DNA of 63,703 nucleotides, filler included, from Octopus bimaculoides (GCF_001194135.2; 5 parts of 5 records of this genome joined end to end with filler, not necessarily neighbours in it); one strand, 5' to 3'. Shown: positions 11,866 to 26,255, numbered from the whole stretch's first letter. A program made the numbers and translations. Notes: a model not told the origin generated them from the sequence alone.

Positions 11866-12822
11866 ATAATCACTTTATACTTTTAATTCTCACAGGGTTT
11901 TGTCGAAGAATTCGACCACAGTACTTGTGCATCTTTTAAGCCTGGCAGTAATTCTAAAAAAATTAAAGTGTCATAAGTAAGGTACTTCGTTTCCTTAGTA
12001 TACAATTTGAAAGAAAAAAAAGGGTTGTGAACCTTGCTAATCAGAAGTCAGCCATGTTTCAATATCATTCCAAAGCCTCGTTTTCGACTGACTGGCAAGA
12101 TGATAGAAATAGCTGTATGCCCCAGCACGGCTACAGTCTAATGTCAGAAACCCGTAATATGTACATATGTTTATACCTGAACTTTCTGCACCTCTCCTCA
12201 TCTATACACCAGCACTCCACGCGGATTACCACTGGATATATTTATGGATTTCACTGGAATCTTCCGCTGATGAAAAATCGTTCCAATACACCACGATGCT
12301 TGAACCTGATATGTATAAATATATATCAGCGGCAAAAGGAGAGATATTACTTTCAAATGTCTTGGAGTAAGCTATAAGATGTCGCACTATCTTTCATCTC
12401 TGTATACATGTTTACCAGCAGCAGAAACAGCTCGAGGTTAATGGAAATGATTACGTACCTCCCGTTTATATCTCATTAATTTAAAAATTAATATTACACT
12501 CTGTACTGACCTGCTGAGTTACTGGGAGGTATAAATATAAAAGAAACAAAGAAAAAATGTGGAGTGTAATAAGTATTATTTAACGATGATATGACAAAAA
12601 CTGGTTTCCTGTTAATTTTGTACATATGGAATGGTAAATAGCTTTTAAGATGCCAAATAAAACATTTTCGAATAAAAATTCATGTATTTTATTTATATAA
12701 GAGGGTTGTAATATAATATATATATATGTAACATGATTTTTCTGAATATTCATATTTTTCAATTTGCTACGACACTGGATTTAAATTGATATTAATCAAA
12801 TTAATATTCGATTTTTCACCCC

Positions 12823-12886
<64 letters not shown>

Positions 12887-12947
12887 GTGTGTGTGTGAGT
12901 CTGTCTGTGAGTATGTATATATACACGTAGAAGGGTGTGCGAGGAAT

Positions 12948-13700
12948 CTTAATCCTAATTTCCAAATTTTCCCCTTCTATCAATGTTCACAGACAACCTC
13001 AGTACAAAAAAGAATGAACAAAGAGGCAACTTTCATCAATAAATATCTTCCACGACTAAATATGAACACATAACATAATACAGAACACTATTAAACTTTC
13101 AATTAATACCACTAACCCACATACATCCCATACACCATTCATATTACAGATCTATATCTACCCCAATTGCACCAAATCCAGAACTACTTACCTCTCTTAC
13201 ACATAATCTTTTTACCCAGGGTCTAGTAGACCTGACACCGTTCAGTAATCTGTGTGCATTTAAAGCAATGATTAGTAACATTACGAAACCGGTATACTTT
13301 TCAATCTCTTTAACAATTCCCAATAATGACTTTTATTACTTTTATTCCTACCTCGGTTGATCTAAGTGAATATATCTATCGTTAATTTTCATAAAAGCCT
13401 TTACTTATTTTGATATCCAATGTGCATTTTCGCTTATTTTTCTGCTTACTTTCCCCTTACATTTCCCCGTGTAGTTTCTATTTTGTTTTTGTAACATATA
13501 TCTATTATATATATATATATAAAATAAATTATTCATATCTTGGCAATTGCTTTATTGTTCATTTTCTATTGGACTGATTTATTTTATTCAATTATGGAAT
13601 CTCGACATATACAAAAAAGATATATATGTATGCCAACCACACTTTTTAGGTATAAATCACTGTTCATACTTATACATGTGAGTATATGTGTATGTATGTG
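12948..13700 (+). mobile_element. 3' end of a Penelope-like element related to 7640-10350 (opposite orientation)
   Basis: NFQIFPFYQCSQTTSVQKRMNKEATFINKYLPRLN* is the GIY-YIG C-terminus. 13540-13690 is an inverted homolog of 7640-7790. Confidence 0.8.
13262..13300 (+). ncRNA. Degenerate minimal type I hammerhead ribozyme in the PLE 3' repeat
   Basis: AAAGCA ATGATTA GTAA-CA-TTAC GAAAC CG GTA TACTTT: stem I 5/6 bp, stem II 4 bp, GAAAC-CG-GUA intact, core CUGAUGA mutated to AUGAUUA. Lies about 190 nt after the endonuclease stop. Confidence 0.6.
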
Positions 13701-13795
13701 TATATGTATACATATATATATATACATATACATATATGTATATATATATAANNNNNNNNNNNNNNNNNNNNNNNNNNNNNNNNNNNNNNNNNNNN

Positions 13796-13807
13796 TTAAT
13801 TAATTAA
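13796..13807. other. Artificial scaffolding linker TTAATTAATTAA inside a 100-bp gap
   Basis: 44 N + TTAATTAATTAA + 44 N; the same construct occurs four times. Confidence 0.9.
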
Positions 13808-13851
13808 NNNNNNNNNNNNNNNNNNNNNNNNNNNNNNNNNNNNNNNNNNNN

Positions 13852-13900
<49 letters not shown>

Positions 13901-14864
13901 AGTATTATTATGACAGTTTATGATGTTTAAAAGAAATGAATCTTTTTGTCTGCCAAAATATATTTCAATTCATGTCTATAGATTTATTTCAGTTTCTGTA
14001 TTTCCATTGCTTCAAACAATTCTGGCTAAACTCCTTGTTTCTCTTGCCAAGCTAGTTTCTTACAATATAACTTGAGAGACTGAATTTGTTGCACATGTCA
14101 ATTCTTTCATGTTCCAACACACTGCTTGTCTGTCTGTAACTGTCTGTCTGTCTGTCTCTTGTGTTTCAACATTCTGCCTCTCTTTTTGTCAGTCTGTCTG
14201 TCTATCTGTCTCTTTTATGTTTCACCAGTGTCTGTCTGTTTGTCTCTCTGAAACTTTTACAAAAATGGAATAGGTTACAGTTTCTTTGAAGAGTTTGTTT
14301 GTTGTTTTTATTTTTAGTTTTTTTTTTTTAAAGGGTGGTGGGATTTGATAAATCTACTGTAAAATAATATTTTCAACTCTACCAAAAAAAAAAGATAAAA
14401 AATAAACAAAAAAAAGAAAGAAAAAGAAAGTAACTGTCTCCCACAAATATCTACATTTATAAAGAATTCTTACTTTTTCAAGTGAAACTATATATAAAAA
14501 AAAGAAAAAAAATGAGAAAAAGAAAATNNNNNNNNNNNNNNNNNNNNNNNNNNNNNNNNNNNNNNNNNGTATCATGACAAATAATACTAAAAGTCTTGAG
14601 CTAATGAAGGAGAAGTCTCTTGTGTTTGCTTGGCCTGCTAGAAATAACAGTCAAATACCAATTCTCTTTCTCTCTCTCTCTCTCACTCACACAATCAACA
14701 GCTGCTATATCAACATTCTGAATACTGTCTTATTTGCCATTTATAAACACCTGCACTATTCTTTTCCCACAGTTACTAGTGTAAAACATTTTCTTCAGCT
14801 GTAGACTAACACTGACTAAGTGACTTGGGGTGTTTTTACCAAAGACTGCTACTGTTAACTTTAA

Positions 14865-15084
14865 CCCTTTCGCTACTGTATTTATTTTGAGATGCTCTGT
14901 GTTTCTTTCAATTACTTTAAATCTACCAAAGAATCTAGTAAAATAACTTTGTTATCATTAAGCTAGTGTTAGGAACATAAATTGTGACTAAGGTTTGGTG
15001 GAAGATTTTTATTCAAAACTTATGAAAATAAGACATTTGTACTCAGAGCCAGAGCCGGTTTCCACCGGGTTGGTAACGAAAGGG
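14865..15084. mobile_element. piggyBac-type MITE with TTAA target-site duplication
   Basis: TTAA|CCCTTTCGCTAC ... GTAACGAAAGGG|TTAA (11/12 TIR match). Confidence 0.85.
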
Positions 15085-15683
15085 TTAAAAGAGTTGTTTT
15101 TGTTGTTGAACCCTTGGTCGGCACTCATCAAACAGCCATAATCTTACTTCTTTGTTCATTTATCCTTGTTCTCGCTCTCTCATATTCATCTTGTTCCTTG
15201 AGCGTATGCATTCACCATCTCTTTCTCTCTTTCCAGCTGGGAGTGGGGCATGTACTCACCTTTTCAGCAAGACACCTATCCCTGTCCCTACCTCATACTT
15301 TCACATCCTTCAGTACTATACCTAACTGAACTGAGCGGTCCTGTGAGTTACTTGGTGGCCTCACTAGTATTGGTGCCATGAAGAACACTCTGTAAAGCGG
15401 TTGGTATTGGGAAGGGCCATCCAGCCATAGAAACCATGCCAAAGCAGACATTTGAGTTCAGCACAGTCCTCTGGCTTGTCAGATCTTATCAAACCATTCA
15501 ACTCATGTCATGAAAAAAAAAAGCAGCCAGTACACGTTGTAAAGTGGTTGTTGTTAGGAAGGACATCCAGCCAAAGAAACCATGCTAAGGCAGACACTGG
15601 AGCTTGATGCTGTCCACTGGCCCATCAGTTCCTGTTGAATTGCTCGACCCATGTCCATATGGGGAGAAGGGTGTTAAACGATG

Positions 15684-15718
<35 letters not shown>

Positions 15719-15719
15719 G

Positions 15720-15782
<63 letters not shown>

Positions 15783-16247
15783 CAGTGTTTTTCAATATTT
15801 ATTAACTCATGAATTCTTCTCTTTTTATGACTGTAGTCCTAACTTGAAGAGGGAGATTTGGCTGTTTTTCTTTTTGTTTTTTTTGTTGCAAGTTGAATGA
15901 TCATATAAAGTCCCCCCCCCCCNNNNNNNNNNNNNNNNNNNNNNNNNNNNNNNNNNNNNNNNNNNNNNNNNTGATAGCAAATGATAAAATATGTTTGATA
16001 AATGGCTAAGTGGGCTATGAGTTGCTTTTTGATTCGCACACCGAGAAAAGCATTTTGTTCAAGAATGATTGAAGAGCTATTTAAGTAGCACAAATATATT
16101 TCAGTGAATGTTATCCTGTCACACCATCATTGCAGTTTAACTAGGTTTGTTTCCTCATGTTTGTCATTTTTTTTCTTATCATCCCAACACGATTCCAATA
16201 TAATAAAGCAGACGTGTTTTTTGAGCATAGAAATCTTTTATATTTTT

Positions 16248-16435
16248 CTTTTACTTCTTTCGGTTTTTTGGAGTGTGGCCATGCTGAGGCACCACCTTGA
16301 AGAATTTAGTCAAGCAAATTGACCCCCTGTACTTTTTTCTTGCTTTTGAAGTTTGCTACTTATTCTAACAGTCTCTTTAGCTGAACTGCTAAGTTATGGG
16401 GATATAAGCAAATTAACACTGGTCTGTCAAGTGGT

Positions 16436-16523
<88 letters not shown>

Positions 16524-16675
16524 ACATTATACTTACATACACATACACAATAGCCTTCCACAGTTTCTGTTTATCAAATTCGCTCACAAGGCATTGGTTA
16601 GCTCGGCTGTTGGGGCTGTGGTAGAAGATACTTGCCTAAGGTGTTGTGCAGTGGAATTGAACACACAGCTCTACA
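16248..16675 (-). mobile_element. Major tRNA-derived SINE (about 400 bp, internal microsatellite)
   Basis: Reverse complement of the family seen best at 34989-35350; contains (CA)n. Confidence 0.8.
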
Positions 16676-17689
16676 TAAATGCTGAAATGTTCTATGTAAA
16701 TACACATTCTACAGCTAGCTGCTACTTTCTAACAAAAGACTATTTTATTGAGGTGTTAATTCTTTGCAATTGGAACCGTTTGTATTCCACATATGCTAAT
16801 TACTGTTAATTACTCAATGTATTCAATAGAATTTTTTTTTTTTTTCTGTTTCTTTCATATCGTAAATTGTCTTAAAGATTATCTTATTAAATTGTAGAAC
16901 ACTTTGTCTCAATTTTCAATATGTTTCTTAGCGTTTTTATTTAGATAACTGCATAACCAAGGCACTTATATGTTTGGAAATTTTCTAAACTTGTCAACAG
17001 AAATTAAATTACATTTTTTTTTCTTTTCCTTTTTATTTTGTTTGTATGCAATGAATTGATGCTTTAGCCATTTGTTTCTAATTAAATTCTCTTACTAAAA
17101 ATTGTTGCTTTTCTACTCTTGACTGGAATCATTTAAAGTATTGATTAGTATTAACAATTATTCTCCATCGTTCCTTCTCAAAGAAACAGTCAGTCAGTCT
17201 GTTGGTAGGAAATGAACATTTGAAATACTCTGATATCTTGCTTAGCTTTTGATTCTGGCATACTCTGTCGGAATCGAATCACAGGCTTAGAAACTTCTTT
17301 CAGTTAAATTGTCACACATTATTTGTATTGGCACAAATTTTTCTTTTTGGATGGCATTCAGGTATGATTGAGAAGACGTTTTTGAAAAGCAATCGCTTAT
17401 AGAAATTTGGTTTTCTCTCTTTCTCTCCTATTTTACATTGATTATTTCCCCATGCTATTGTGGTTTCGGATTGGATTCTTGCAAATTTATATATTTATAT
17501 AGATTTTGATGCAATAGCTTCTTATTTGTTTTTGTTTTAGGTGCAGGCATGGTTGTGTGGTTAAGCAGTTTGCTTCCCAACCACATGGTTTTGAGTTCAA
17601 TCTCAGTGCATGGCACCTACTATAACCCTGAACCAACTAAAGCCCTAGTAGATGGATTGAAAGATGCCTTTTGCATATATATAAAAGGG

Positions 17690-18030
17690 TAAAAACCTCA
17701 TTCGGTCATGAATGACCTTGGGATTGCACCTAGAAAGCTCCCCTCCGAGGCACGAGTTTGGACAAGGTTGTTTATGGGAGACCATCAGTCGACCATGCAT
17801 ATCAGCCTCCCCTTTTTATGCCACCAATGTTATCCAAGGGAAAAGCAAAGGCCGATACAGCTTGGTACCAGTGACGTCCCAAATCATTTCTGCAGCTGAG
17901 TGAACTGGAACAACATGATATAAAGTGTCTTGCTCAAGAACACAATATAAAACCTTGTCTGGGAATTGAACTCATTACCTTATGATTGTGAGTCTGATGC
18001 TCTTACCACTGAGCCATGTGCCTTCATGCA
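17690..18030 (-). mobile_element. SINE of a second tRNA-derived family
   Basis: GAGTGAACTGGAACAACATGATATAAAGTGTCTTGCTCAAGAACACA...CTTACCACTGAGCCATGTGCCTTC, shared with about 19280-19515, 25255-25580, 32030-32290 and 55760-55900. Confidence 0.7.
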
Positions 18031-18223
18031 TATATATATATCTTAATGTTTTGTTTTTTTCTCGAATTATTTATAAAAATAATTTAACATTAAACTGAAA
18101 AATTATGCAATACTTTTTAGTAGAGTACATGCTTATTAAACTTTTACTAGAAGACTACAGTCTGACAAAGGCTAGCAGGTCAAAACTTTGAAGTCACTGT
18201 CATCCCTCTTGTAAAAATTCATT

Positions 18224-18273
<50 letters not shown>

Positions 18274-18277
18274 TGTA

Positions 18278-18315
<38 letters not shown>

Positions 18316-18699
18316 TCCTTGTCTTGATATCATGTGATAGTTGTAAATCACTATCATGCAAGCAGTGTAATTCATTTCCAGTCTTCTGTGAAAAATAATG
18401 TCTGGCCATTACCTTGCTTGGAAACAAATGATGGTTGGCATCAGAAAGAGCATCCGATCACTCATTGCTGAAGTNNNNNNNNNNNNNNNNNNNNNNNNNN
18501 NNNNNNNNNNNNNNNNNNNNNNNNNNNNNNNNNNNNNNNNNNNNNNNNNNNNNNNNNNNNNNNNNNNNNNNNNNNNNNNNNNNNNNNNNNNNNNNNNNNN
18601 NNNNNNNNNNNNNNNNNNNNNNNNNNNNNNNNNNNNNNNNNNNNNNNNNNNNNNNNNNNNNNNNNATATATATATATATATATAATGTATATATATATG

Positions 18700-19020
18700 T
18701 ATCTTGTTTCAGTCATATGTATATATCTTGTTCCCAGTCATGCTGGGGCACTACCTTGACTTTTTAATTGAACAGATTGACCCCCAGAACTGATTTTATT
18801 AGTCTCTTTTGCCAAACTGCTAAGTTACAGAGATGTAAACATACCAATACCAACACCGGTTGTCAAGCACTGGTAGAGGACAAACACACACACGCACACA
18901 CCAAAAAACACTCACAAGGGCTTTGGTTGGCCCGAAGCTGTAGTAGAAAATGCTTATCCAAGGTGCCACACATTAGGATTGAACCTGGAACCATGTGGTT
19001 GGGAAGCAAACTTTTACCAA
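18700..19020 (-). mobile_element. Major tRNA-derived SINE copy
   Basis: Family motifs TAAGTTACAGAGATGTAAAC and GAACCATGTGGTTGGGAAGCAA. Confidence 0.8.
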
Positions 19021-19854
19021 CAGCAAGAATAGGGAATCAAACAGAGCTCACTTTCAGCTCTTCACTTGGTGCATGACCATTGAAAAAACAGTGGTTAGGG
19101 CTAGGGTTTAACCGCACCGTTGTTCTGAAAATCCAAGAATTGCAATGGTGGAGGAATAGATGTATTCTCCCACTTAGCCGCTCAAATGATATATATTAAA
19201 TATATATATATTCCATTGTTCTGTAGCTTAACATAATGAATATAGTAAATAGGGTTGAACCCATGGTTATGGTTAGTCCACATTACTCTGTAAGGAGCAT
19301 AGGGCTGGTTTCCTGGTTTCTCTGGTGTATATATTCTTCCCTGGATGGGGTGCTAGTCTGTGGCAGGATTACTCATTTTTACCCGCTGAATGGATCGGAG
19401 CAACATGAAATGAAATAGTTTTGCTCAAGCACTCTACACATCACCTGGTCCAGAAATCAAAACCATAATTTTACAATCATGACTCCAACACTAACCACTA
19501 AGCTATGCACCTCCACTATATATACCTATAAGTGTTGAACTTCACTCTAACCTTACAACCATTTGGTCTTACAGCTATGTTAATTAACGAGGTTTTTTAA
19601 AAATTTATATTTATTTATTCACGGTTTGTTTTGAAATGTTGAGCCTTCTAATCTGTCTGGTCTGTTTTGATCAGAGATGGTTGTGGCAGAAATTCCACTT
19701 AATACTTTAGGATTTGCTGTTTCTGAAATCTCTCCATATTTCATTAATCCTATGTTTGTAATGATTATGCTATCTATGTTTCAATTAATTTTTAGTATAA
19801 TTGAGATTTTGGAAGGGCTTAATAAGATATCTTCAACTTCATATNNNNNNNNNN

Positions 19855-19892
<38 letters not shown>

Positions 19893-19959
19893 ATGTGTGT
19901 ATATGTGTGTCATATGCTCTTTCTCTCTCTCTCTCACATACACACACAAAGCAATATGT

Positions 19960-20520
19960 TTTTATTTTTGATGGGCTTCTTTCAGTTACTCTACCAAATC
20001 TACTCTCAAGATTTTGGTTGGTCTGAGGTTACAGTAGATGACACTTACCATACAGTGGGACTGAACCTGTAACCACATGGCTGGGAAATACATTTTGAGC
20101 CTCACAGACATGTCTGCGTCTTTATATATGTGATAAGAAGCCAACCACATGGTTCCCAACTACATGGTTCCCAACTACATGGTTCCCAACCACATGGTTC
20201 TGGTTTCAGTCCTGCATGGCACCTTGGGCAAGTGTCTTCTGCAATAGCCTTGAGTCAACCAAAGCCTTGTGAGTGGATTTGGTAGACAGAAACTGAAAGA
20301 AGCCCGTCGTGTGTGTGTGTTTGTGTGTCTGTGTTTGTCTCCCCATCATCGTTTGATGACTGATGTTGGTGTGTTTACATCCCCGTAACTTAGCAGTTCG
20401 GCAAAAGTAACCAATAGAATAAATGCTAGGCTTACAAAGAATAAGTCCTGGAGTCGATTTGTTCGTCTAAAGGCGGTGCTCCAGCATGGCTGCAGTCAGA
20501 TGACTGAAACAAGTAAAGGA
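19960..20520. mobile_element. Head-to-head pair of major SINE copies (minus about 19960-20110, plus about 20140-20520)
   Basis: The plus copy carries a triplicated CCAACCACATGGTTC unit and the standard GGCGGTGCTCCAGCATGG...GAAACAAGTAAAG tail. Confidence 0.8.
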
Positions 20521-20521
20521 G

Positions 20522-20554
<33 letters not shown>

Positions 20555-22184
20555 TGTCCAAGAATACAATACATCACCCAGTCTAGGAACTGAAATCACG
20601 AACCAGTGATCTGAGTGCCACGCCCTAACCCAAGCATGTGTGTGTATATATATATATATATGTATGCACGCATACTTACTTACACATTTTCATATTATGA
20701 ACATGTATATTATGTTGGTGTTGATCAAATGAAGTTTCGTGATATTGTTCATGTTGTAATGAGATTTTAATTTAACATTCTAATGCAGGGCAGTCTCTGA
20801 CATACTGATAATTAAGAGCGTTGATTATGTAGCTATATTTTATAATTAACATTACCAATTAATTAGTCAGAACTTCCTGAGCATTCTTTAGTATAAGCAA
20901 AGCAGAAATAGAAGAAAAAAAAAAAGGAAACAAGTTTTATATACTTGGTTTTGTGTAAGCTTTTGTATAGCATTAAAGTTTTATTCCATGAGATGATTGA
21001 ACTATGAGGATTATATTACTCCTCTAGGATAGGTTGCAAGTCTTTGTTCAACTTAACACTCATCTAGACCAATATGCTCTCTAACAGACACTGTTTCCTT
21101 GCTCTGCTTCTTCTACTGTTTCTACAATAATCTCTGCTTTTCGCAGCTTGTTAGCTAATGTACCACTGCCAGCCAAATCTACCCATGAAAAAACCATGTC
21201 TTCTTATGTGATCCAGTCTATGTATCTCATCTTCTGAACCTCACGTTGAATCACTGACTTGAGTTCTTCCTTCCCAGGACCTCATCTCAATAGAATTCTC
21301 TTCCTGCCTATGTTTTTTCTGTCATAGACAGGCATTTACTTGCAGCTATTTAAGCTGAACATTTGCCATGTCAATGTGACCAGTCTCAGAACTGTGATGG
21401 TCATGGACACAGAGGTTGGAGATGAGAGAGAGAGAGTGAGAGAGAACCACCTCTTTCTTCAGTCCAGAAAACCATGTTTCTAAACTTCTACAATGATGCA
21501 GTTTTGTTAGAGAAGAAAAGAAAACGGCTGCCTAGCAGAGTGAGAATAAGTGGTGAGGGTGGAAGTGGGGAATGCTTAAAAAGGAGAAAACAAACACACA
21601 CACACGTGCGCACACACATGCACACATTACAGCCCCACTACCGTCACCATTAGTTGCAGCAACCATGATCACAGCCCTCATCTCTTGTAAGACAGCTGCA
21701 AGTCTGAGAAACACATATACATTTCTCACTTTCTGACTGAAACATAAAGAAAGCAAAAATGGAACCAAACAAAACATGTAGAGTATAGGCGTAGCCATTG
21801 TGGTTGAGAAGTTTACTTTGTAACCATTTTATTCTGGGTTCAATCACTGAGCAGAGTCTTCTGCTCTAGTTTCATGTTAACCAATGCATTTTTGAAAGGA
21901 ATTAAAGAATTCAAGAGATGGGAATTCTGTGTGGGGTTATGGTGTTATAAAATGGTGTGTTGAGTTGCATTCTCTTGCGCCAAAAATGACTTAGCCATTC
22001 AATACACAGTGATTGATAAAAGGGGGTCATAGCTTGATATAAGTATAGAAGTCAATCTAACTGAAACCCTTGAAGACAATGCTCCAGCGTGGGCACAGTA
22101 TAATGACTGAAGTCAACATTTGGATAAAAATAAATTTTCCACTGTCTTTCAGTAGAAATAATAATAATAATAATAATGGTAATT

Positions 22185-22390
22185 CTTCCTACTGTAGGTT
22201 CAAGGCCTGGAATTTTTGAGGGGGAGATGATTATATTGGTCCCAGCACTCAACTGGTACTTATTTCATTGACCCCTGAGAGGATGAAAGGCAAAGTCGAC
22301 CTTGACAGAATTTGAACTCAGAACATAAAGATGGGTGAAAGGCTGCTAAGCATTTTGTCCAGTGTGCTAATGATTCTGCGAGCTTGCAGA
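22185..22390 (+). mobile_element. Third abundant short repeat family (GGATGAAAGGCAAAGTCGACCTTG core)
   Basis: Same core at about 23790-23960 (-), 27500-27650 (-), 35580-36010 (two tandem, +), 38500-38590 (-) and 45080-45290 (-). Confidence 0.7.
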
Positions 22391-22509
22391 CTTAAATAAT
22401 AATAATAATAATAATAATAACACAGCATGCTGCCTGGCCAAAGAATCGAACTAGTGATTGTGAGTGCTGCACCCTAACCACTTGGCCATGTCTCTTCACA
22501 TGCACACGT

Positions 22510-22628
<119 letters not shown>

Positions 22629-22889
22629 TACACACACATACTTTTGGGAATATACCATGCTTGTCAAGCCAAGTGAGATTGTAGTCATGGCTGATGCCAG
22701 AGTTACTTAACTGGCACCTGTGTCAGTGGCATATAAGGAGCATCCACTGTGTACTTGGAGTAGTTTGCATTAAGGAGGGCATCCAGCTGTAGAAACCATG
22801 CCAAATCAGATTGGCACCTGGTGCAGCTCTCCAGCTTACCAGTTTTCAATCTGCATGGAATGCAGATGTTAAATGATGATATACATATA

Positions 22890-23718
22890 CAGGCATACCT
22901 TATCCTACATCGTTAATTGGTTCCAGGAAACACAACTTAAGTCGAAAAATGACTTAAGTTGAATTAACTTGTCTCTAGGCTAGGCTGAATTTACTTGTCT
23001 CTGGGCTAGGCTGAATTTACTTATCTCTATGCTAAACCAATAATAACCATTCTCAGTTCTGTACTTTATTTATCAATGCATTTTTAATAATACATAGCTA
23101 ATAAAAACCTATTTTAAGCTTACAAACAATTTTTAGTTTTTAATACTGTACAGTAAAAAAAAGTAATCTCAATTTACGAGTACAATTTAGTCATGTTTAC
23201 TGTACATCGCGGATGCTTTATTTTTGAATGCAGTTTGCAATAAGACGTAAAATAAAAGCCTTTTTTTAAGCTTAAAAAACAAATTCAGTAATTATTATTA
23301 TTTTGCAATAATAAAAAAAACTAAATTATTTAAAATTTACCAATACGTACATACAATTTGGTGGTTTATATTGCTGATGTAGATGGCTGTGGATCGTCTA
23401 CATCAATAGCTTACTCTGGCTGTTCTTGTTCGATGTGTTCACTAAGCTACATTACTTTATGGTGTGTATCTTAACATTTACCATACGTATTTTAATATGA
23501 TTTGATATGCTTTTATTCATATTTATTGTACAGTAACATGATTTTATGTGTTTTTAATAGTTTTCTATGATTTTACAATTACAACATTTGCAGTGGTCAG
23601 ATGTAAAGTCAAGTAAAATGACTTAACTTGATTTTTATTTTCCCATATATTATTTTTGAAAACTGATGTATAATTGAGAACGTCTTAAGTCGAAATGATT
23701 TAAGCCGAGGTATGCCTG
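22890..23718. mobile_element. Tigger/pogo-like non-autonomous DNA transposon (829 bp)
   Basis: TA|CAGGCATACCT ... AGGTATGCCTG|TA, perfect 11-bp TIR like Tigger1 ends; subterminal CTTAAGTCGAA repeats; internal 26-bp tandem repeat at 22967-23030. Confidence 0.85.
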
Positions 23719-26032
23719 TACATTTATTATTTTTGTTATTAATTTTATAAACTAAGGAGGTAAGCTTGCAAAATCATTGGAATATTAGACAAAATGCTCA
23801 GCATCATTTCTAGATTTTTACTCTGAGTTCAAATTCTATTGAGGTTGATTTTGCCTTTCATCCTCTTAGGGCTGTTAAAATTAAGTACCAGTTATGTAGT
23901 GGGGGCCAATGGTATTGACTAACCCCCTCTTCTCAAATTGGTGGCCTTATCCCAAAATTTAAAGCCATTTATTAGTTTTTGATAAAATATTCTCTCATTC
24001 TAAGATGTTGCCTGATATGTAAAATATTTAAACTATTTCTGTGGTAAAATAGTCTGAAGAAGCAGTTTATTCAGTGGAGCTTATAAATACTGTTAAATGG
24101 TTTCGTCATTTCATCATACATATATGTATATATAAAAAAAGAATGTGTGTGAGTGTATATATCTGTGTGTGTGCATATATTTTTTCTCTAAATATCAAAC
24201 AAATAATTTTGGTCATGAACTTGTTGTCTTTTATTTTTAGTTCTCTCCCTCCTTTTCTCCTTCTCTGTTTTTCTCTCTCTCATAACTCTCGCCCCCCCCC
24301 CATAGACACATTTATATATATTTATGTTTATATGAGAGTTTGTTTGCAGAACAAAAATCTTAAAAAAACTTAATGCCAAGTTAGGATAGTAGAGTATAGT
24401 ATACATATGTAACTAAATATGTTGATTACTAAACCAGATAAAACACACACACACACATGCTATGTAACTGTATATGTTGATTACTTTCGTAGTTATAATA
24501 AATGTGTGTATGTGTTCATATATGTGTGTTCATGTATTTATATATGTATTTGTGCGTATGTTTATATAGCAACTCAAAAATATATTTAACTATAATCATT
24601 TCGGTTGAGCGATCTAGATGATCAAATCACAAATGTTGATGGAGATGTTTTTCTATGACTAGATGTGTGTGTCCGTAGGTGTATGTTGTGTTCCTTATGT
24701 GCATATGACGTATTTCTATGTGTGTGTGTGTGATGTGTGAGGAAGTATGAAACTGATTGTGTTGCAAAAAAAGCTGTTCCTTCGTGTAATTTACATTCAC
24801 CCTGTTTCACCCGTTATTTTATATTTATATTATCTGGTTCATACATTTCTGGTTTGGTTAAGGATTTGGTAAACCATCATCAGCTGGTAGCAATATCACC
24901 GGATGTTTCATCCTCATGGCATGTATCAAGGTGACCCTTTGTCTCCTAGCTTATACTTGCTAGAAGTCTTGAAACCAGTGCTTATTTGATGTAGGACACA
25001 GATTGACATACTTCAGCCCTGTTAGAAGGGAATTATGTCAACCTGGTTCTGTGGTTAAGAAGTTTGTTTTTGCTTTCCAACCATATGGCTTTGGGTTCAG
25101 TCTCACTGTGTGGCGCCTTGGGCAAATGTCCCCTACTGTCATCAAGAGTCAGCCAAAGACTTGTCTGAGGATTTTGTTGATGGAAACTGAAAGAAGCTCA
25201 TTCTATGTGTGTGTGTTTGTGTCGTCTTGTGATGTTGCCTGATGCTTTTAAAAGCAACTGGTACTCGATTGGTTGCAACATTGAGGGTTCCAGTTGATCC
25301 AATTCATGGAACAACCTGCCCATGAAGTTGATGTGCAAGTGGCTGAGTACTCCACAGACTTGCACACTCTTAATGTTCTCAGGGAGATTCAGTGTGGCAC
25401 AGAATGTGGCACAACTGGTACTTTGAATTATCGGTACTACTCATTTTTGCCAGCTGAGTTAACTGGAACAATGTGGAATAAGGCATACCTTGCTCAAGGA
25501 CACAACACACCACCGAGAATGGAACTCACGACCTTCTGATCATAAGCTGAATACTCTAAGCACTTAGCCATGCGCCTTCACGATACTTGTAAATGAGTGT
25601 CACTGTCATATAAGTTGTGTCATTCATTTCTAGTTTCCCATGAAAATGTGTCCAGTCATGAAGAAATACCACCTTGTTTGGAAACTAGTGAGAGTTGGTT
25701 ACAGAATGAGCGTTTAGCCAGAGAAAGTCTGTCTTGAAGAATTCCATCTGACCCATGCCAGCATCGAAAAATGGATGTCAAAATAATGGTGCTGACGATG
25801 ATGATGAGTTAAGTAGATTGGGTCATCAGGAAGTCATGAAATAAAAGAAGTACATGTACCCAGGGTAAACATGAGTCCTGATGGCTTGTACTACTGAAAA
25901 TCATCATGACATACAAAATTTACTTGTTTGTTACTTTGTTTTTCCTGCTACAAAGAATTACTGGCTTTCTTCGACTCTAATGGATTTATTTTGGGGTGGG
26001 GAGGGGTGGGGGTCTGGGACATTAAAAATTAA

Positions 26033-26255
26033 CTCCTTAGTATTCAAATTACTCTGTCGAATGTAATGCAGATTTATTCATTTCGTTTTGAATTAATCAT
26101 GCATTATCTGTTAGCTTTAAAATTTCGATGATGTGATTGTTTATTTTCACAATGACATTGTAGGATAAGAGTGAAAGGCTGGATCTGGCCAATTTGAACA
26201 TAGAAATAAGTAGAATATTTGGGCCAGTTATGACTAGTTTAAATGCTAAAGCTTT
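26033..26255. mobile_element. piggyBac-type MITE, family 2 (TTAACCCTTTAGCA-like ends), decayed
   Basis: TTAA CTCCTTAGTATTC ... AATGCTAAAGC; homologous to 28438-28659. Confidence 0.65.

Noticed and set aside
12262-12310. CTGATGA followed by a short stem
   Set aside because: No GAAA, stem III or stem I; similar lone CTGATGA hits near 38346 and 49390 (-) rejected for the same reason.
19640-19845. Overlapping open frames on both strands with a plausible acceptor
   Set aside because: No recognisable protein family and no match to the expected dynein exons.
21150-21200. WVDLAGSG kinesin-like motif on the minus strand
   Set aside because: In-frame stop immediately upstream and no other kinesin motifs; the region looks like a LINE relic.
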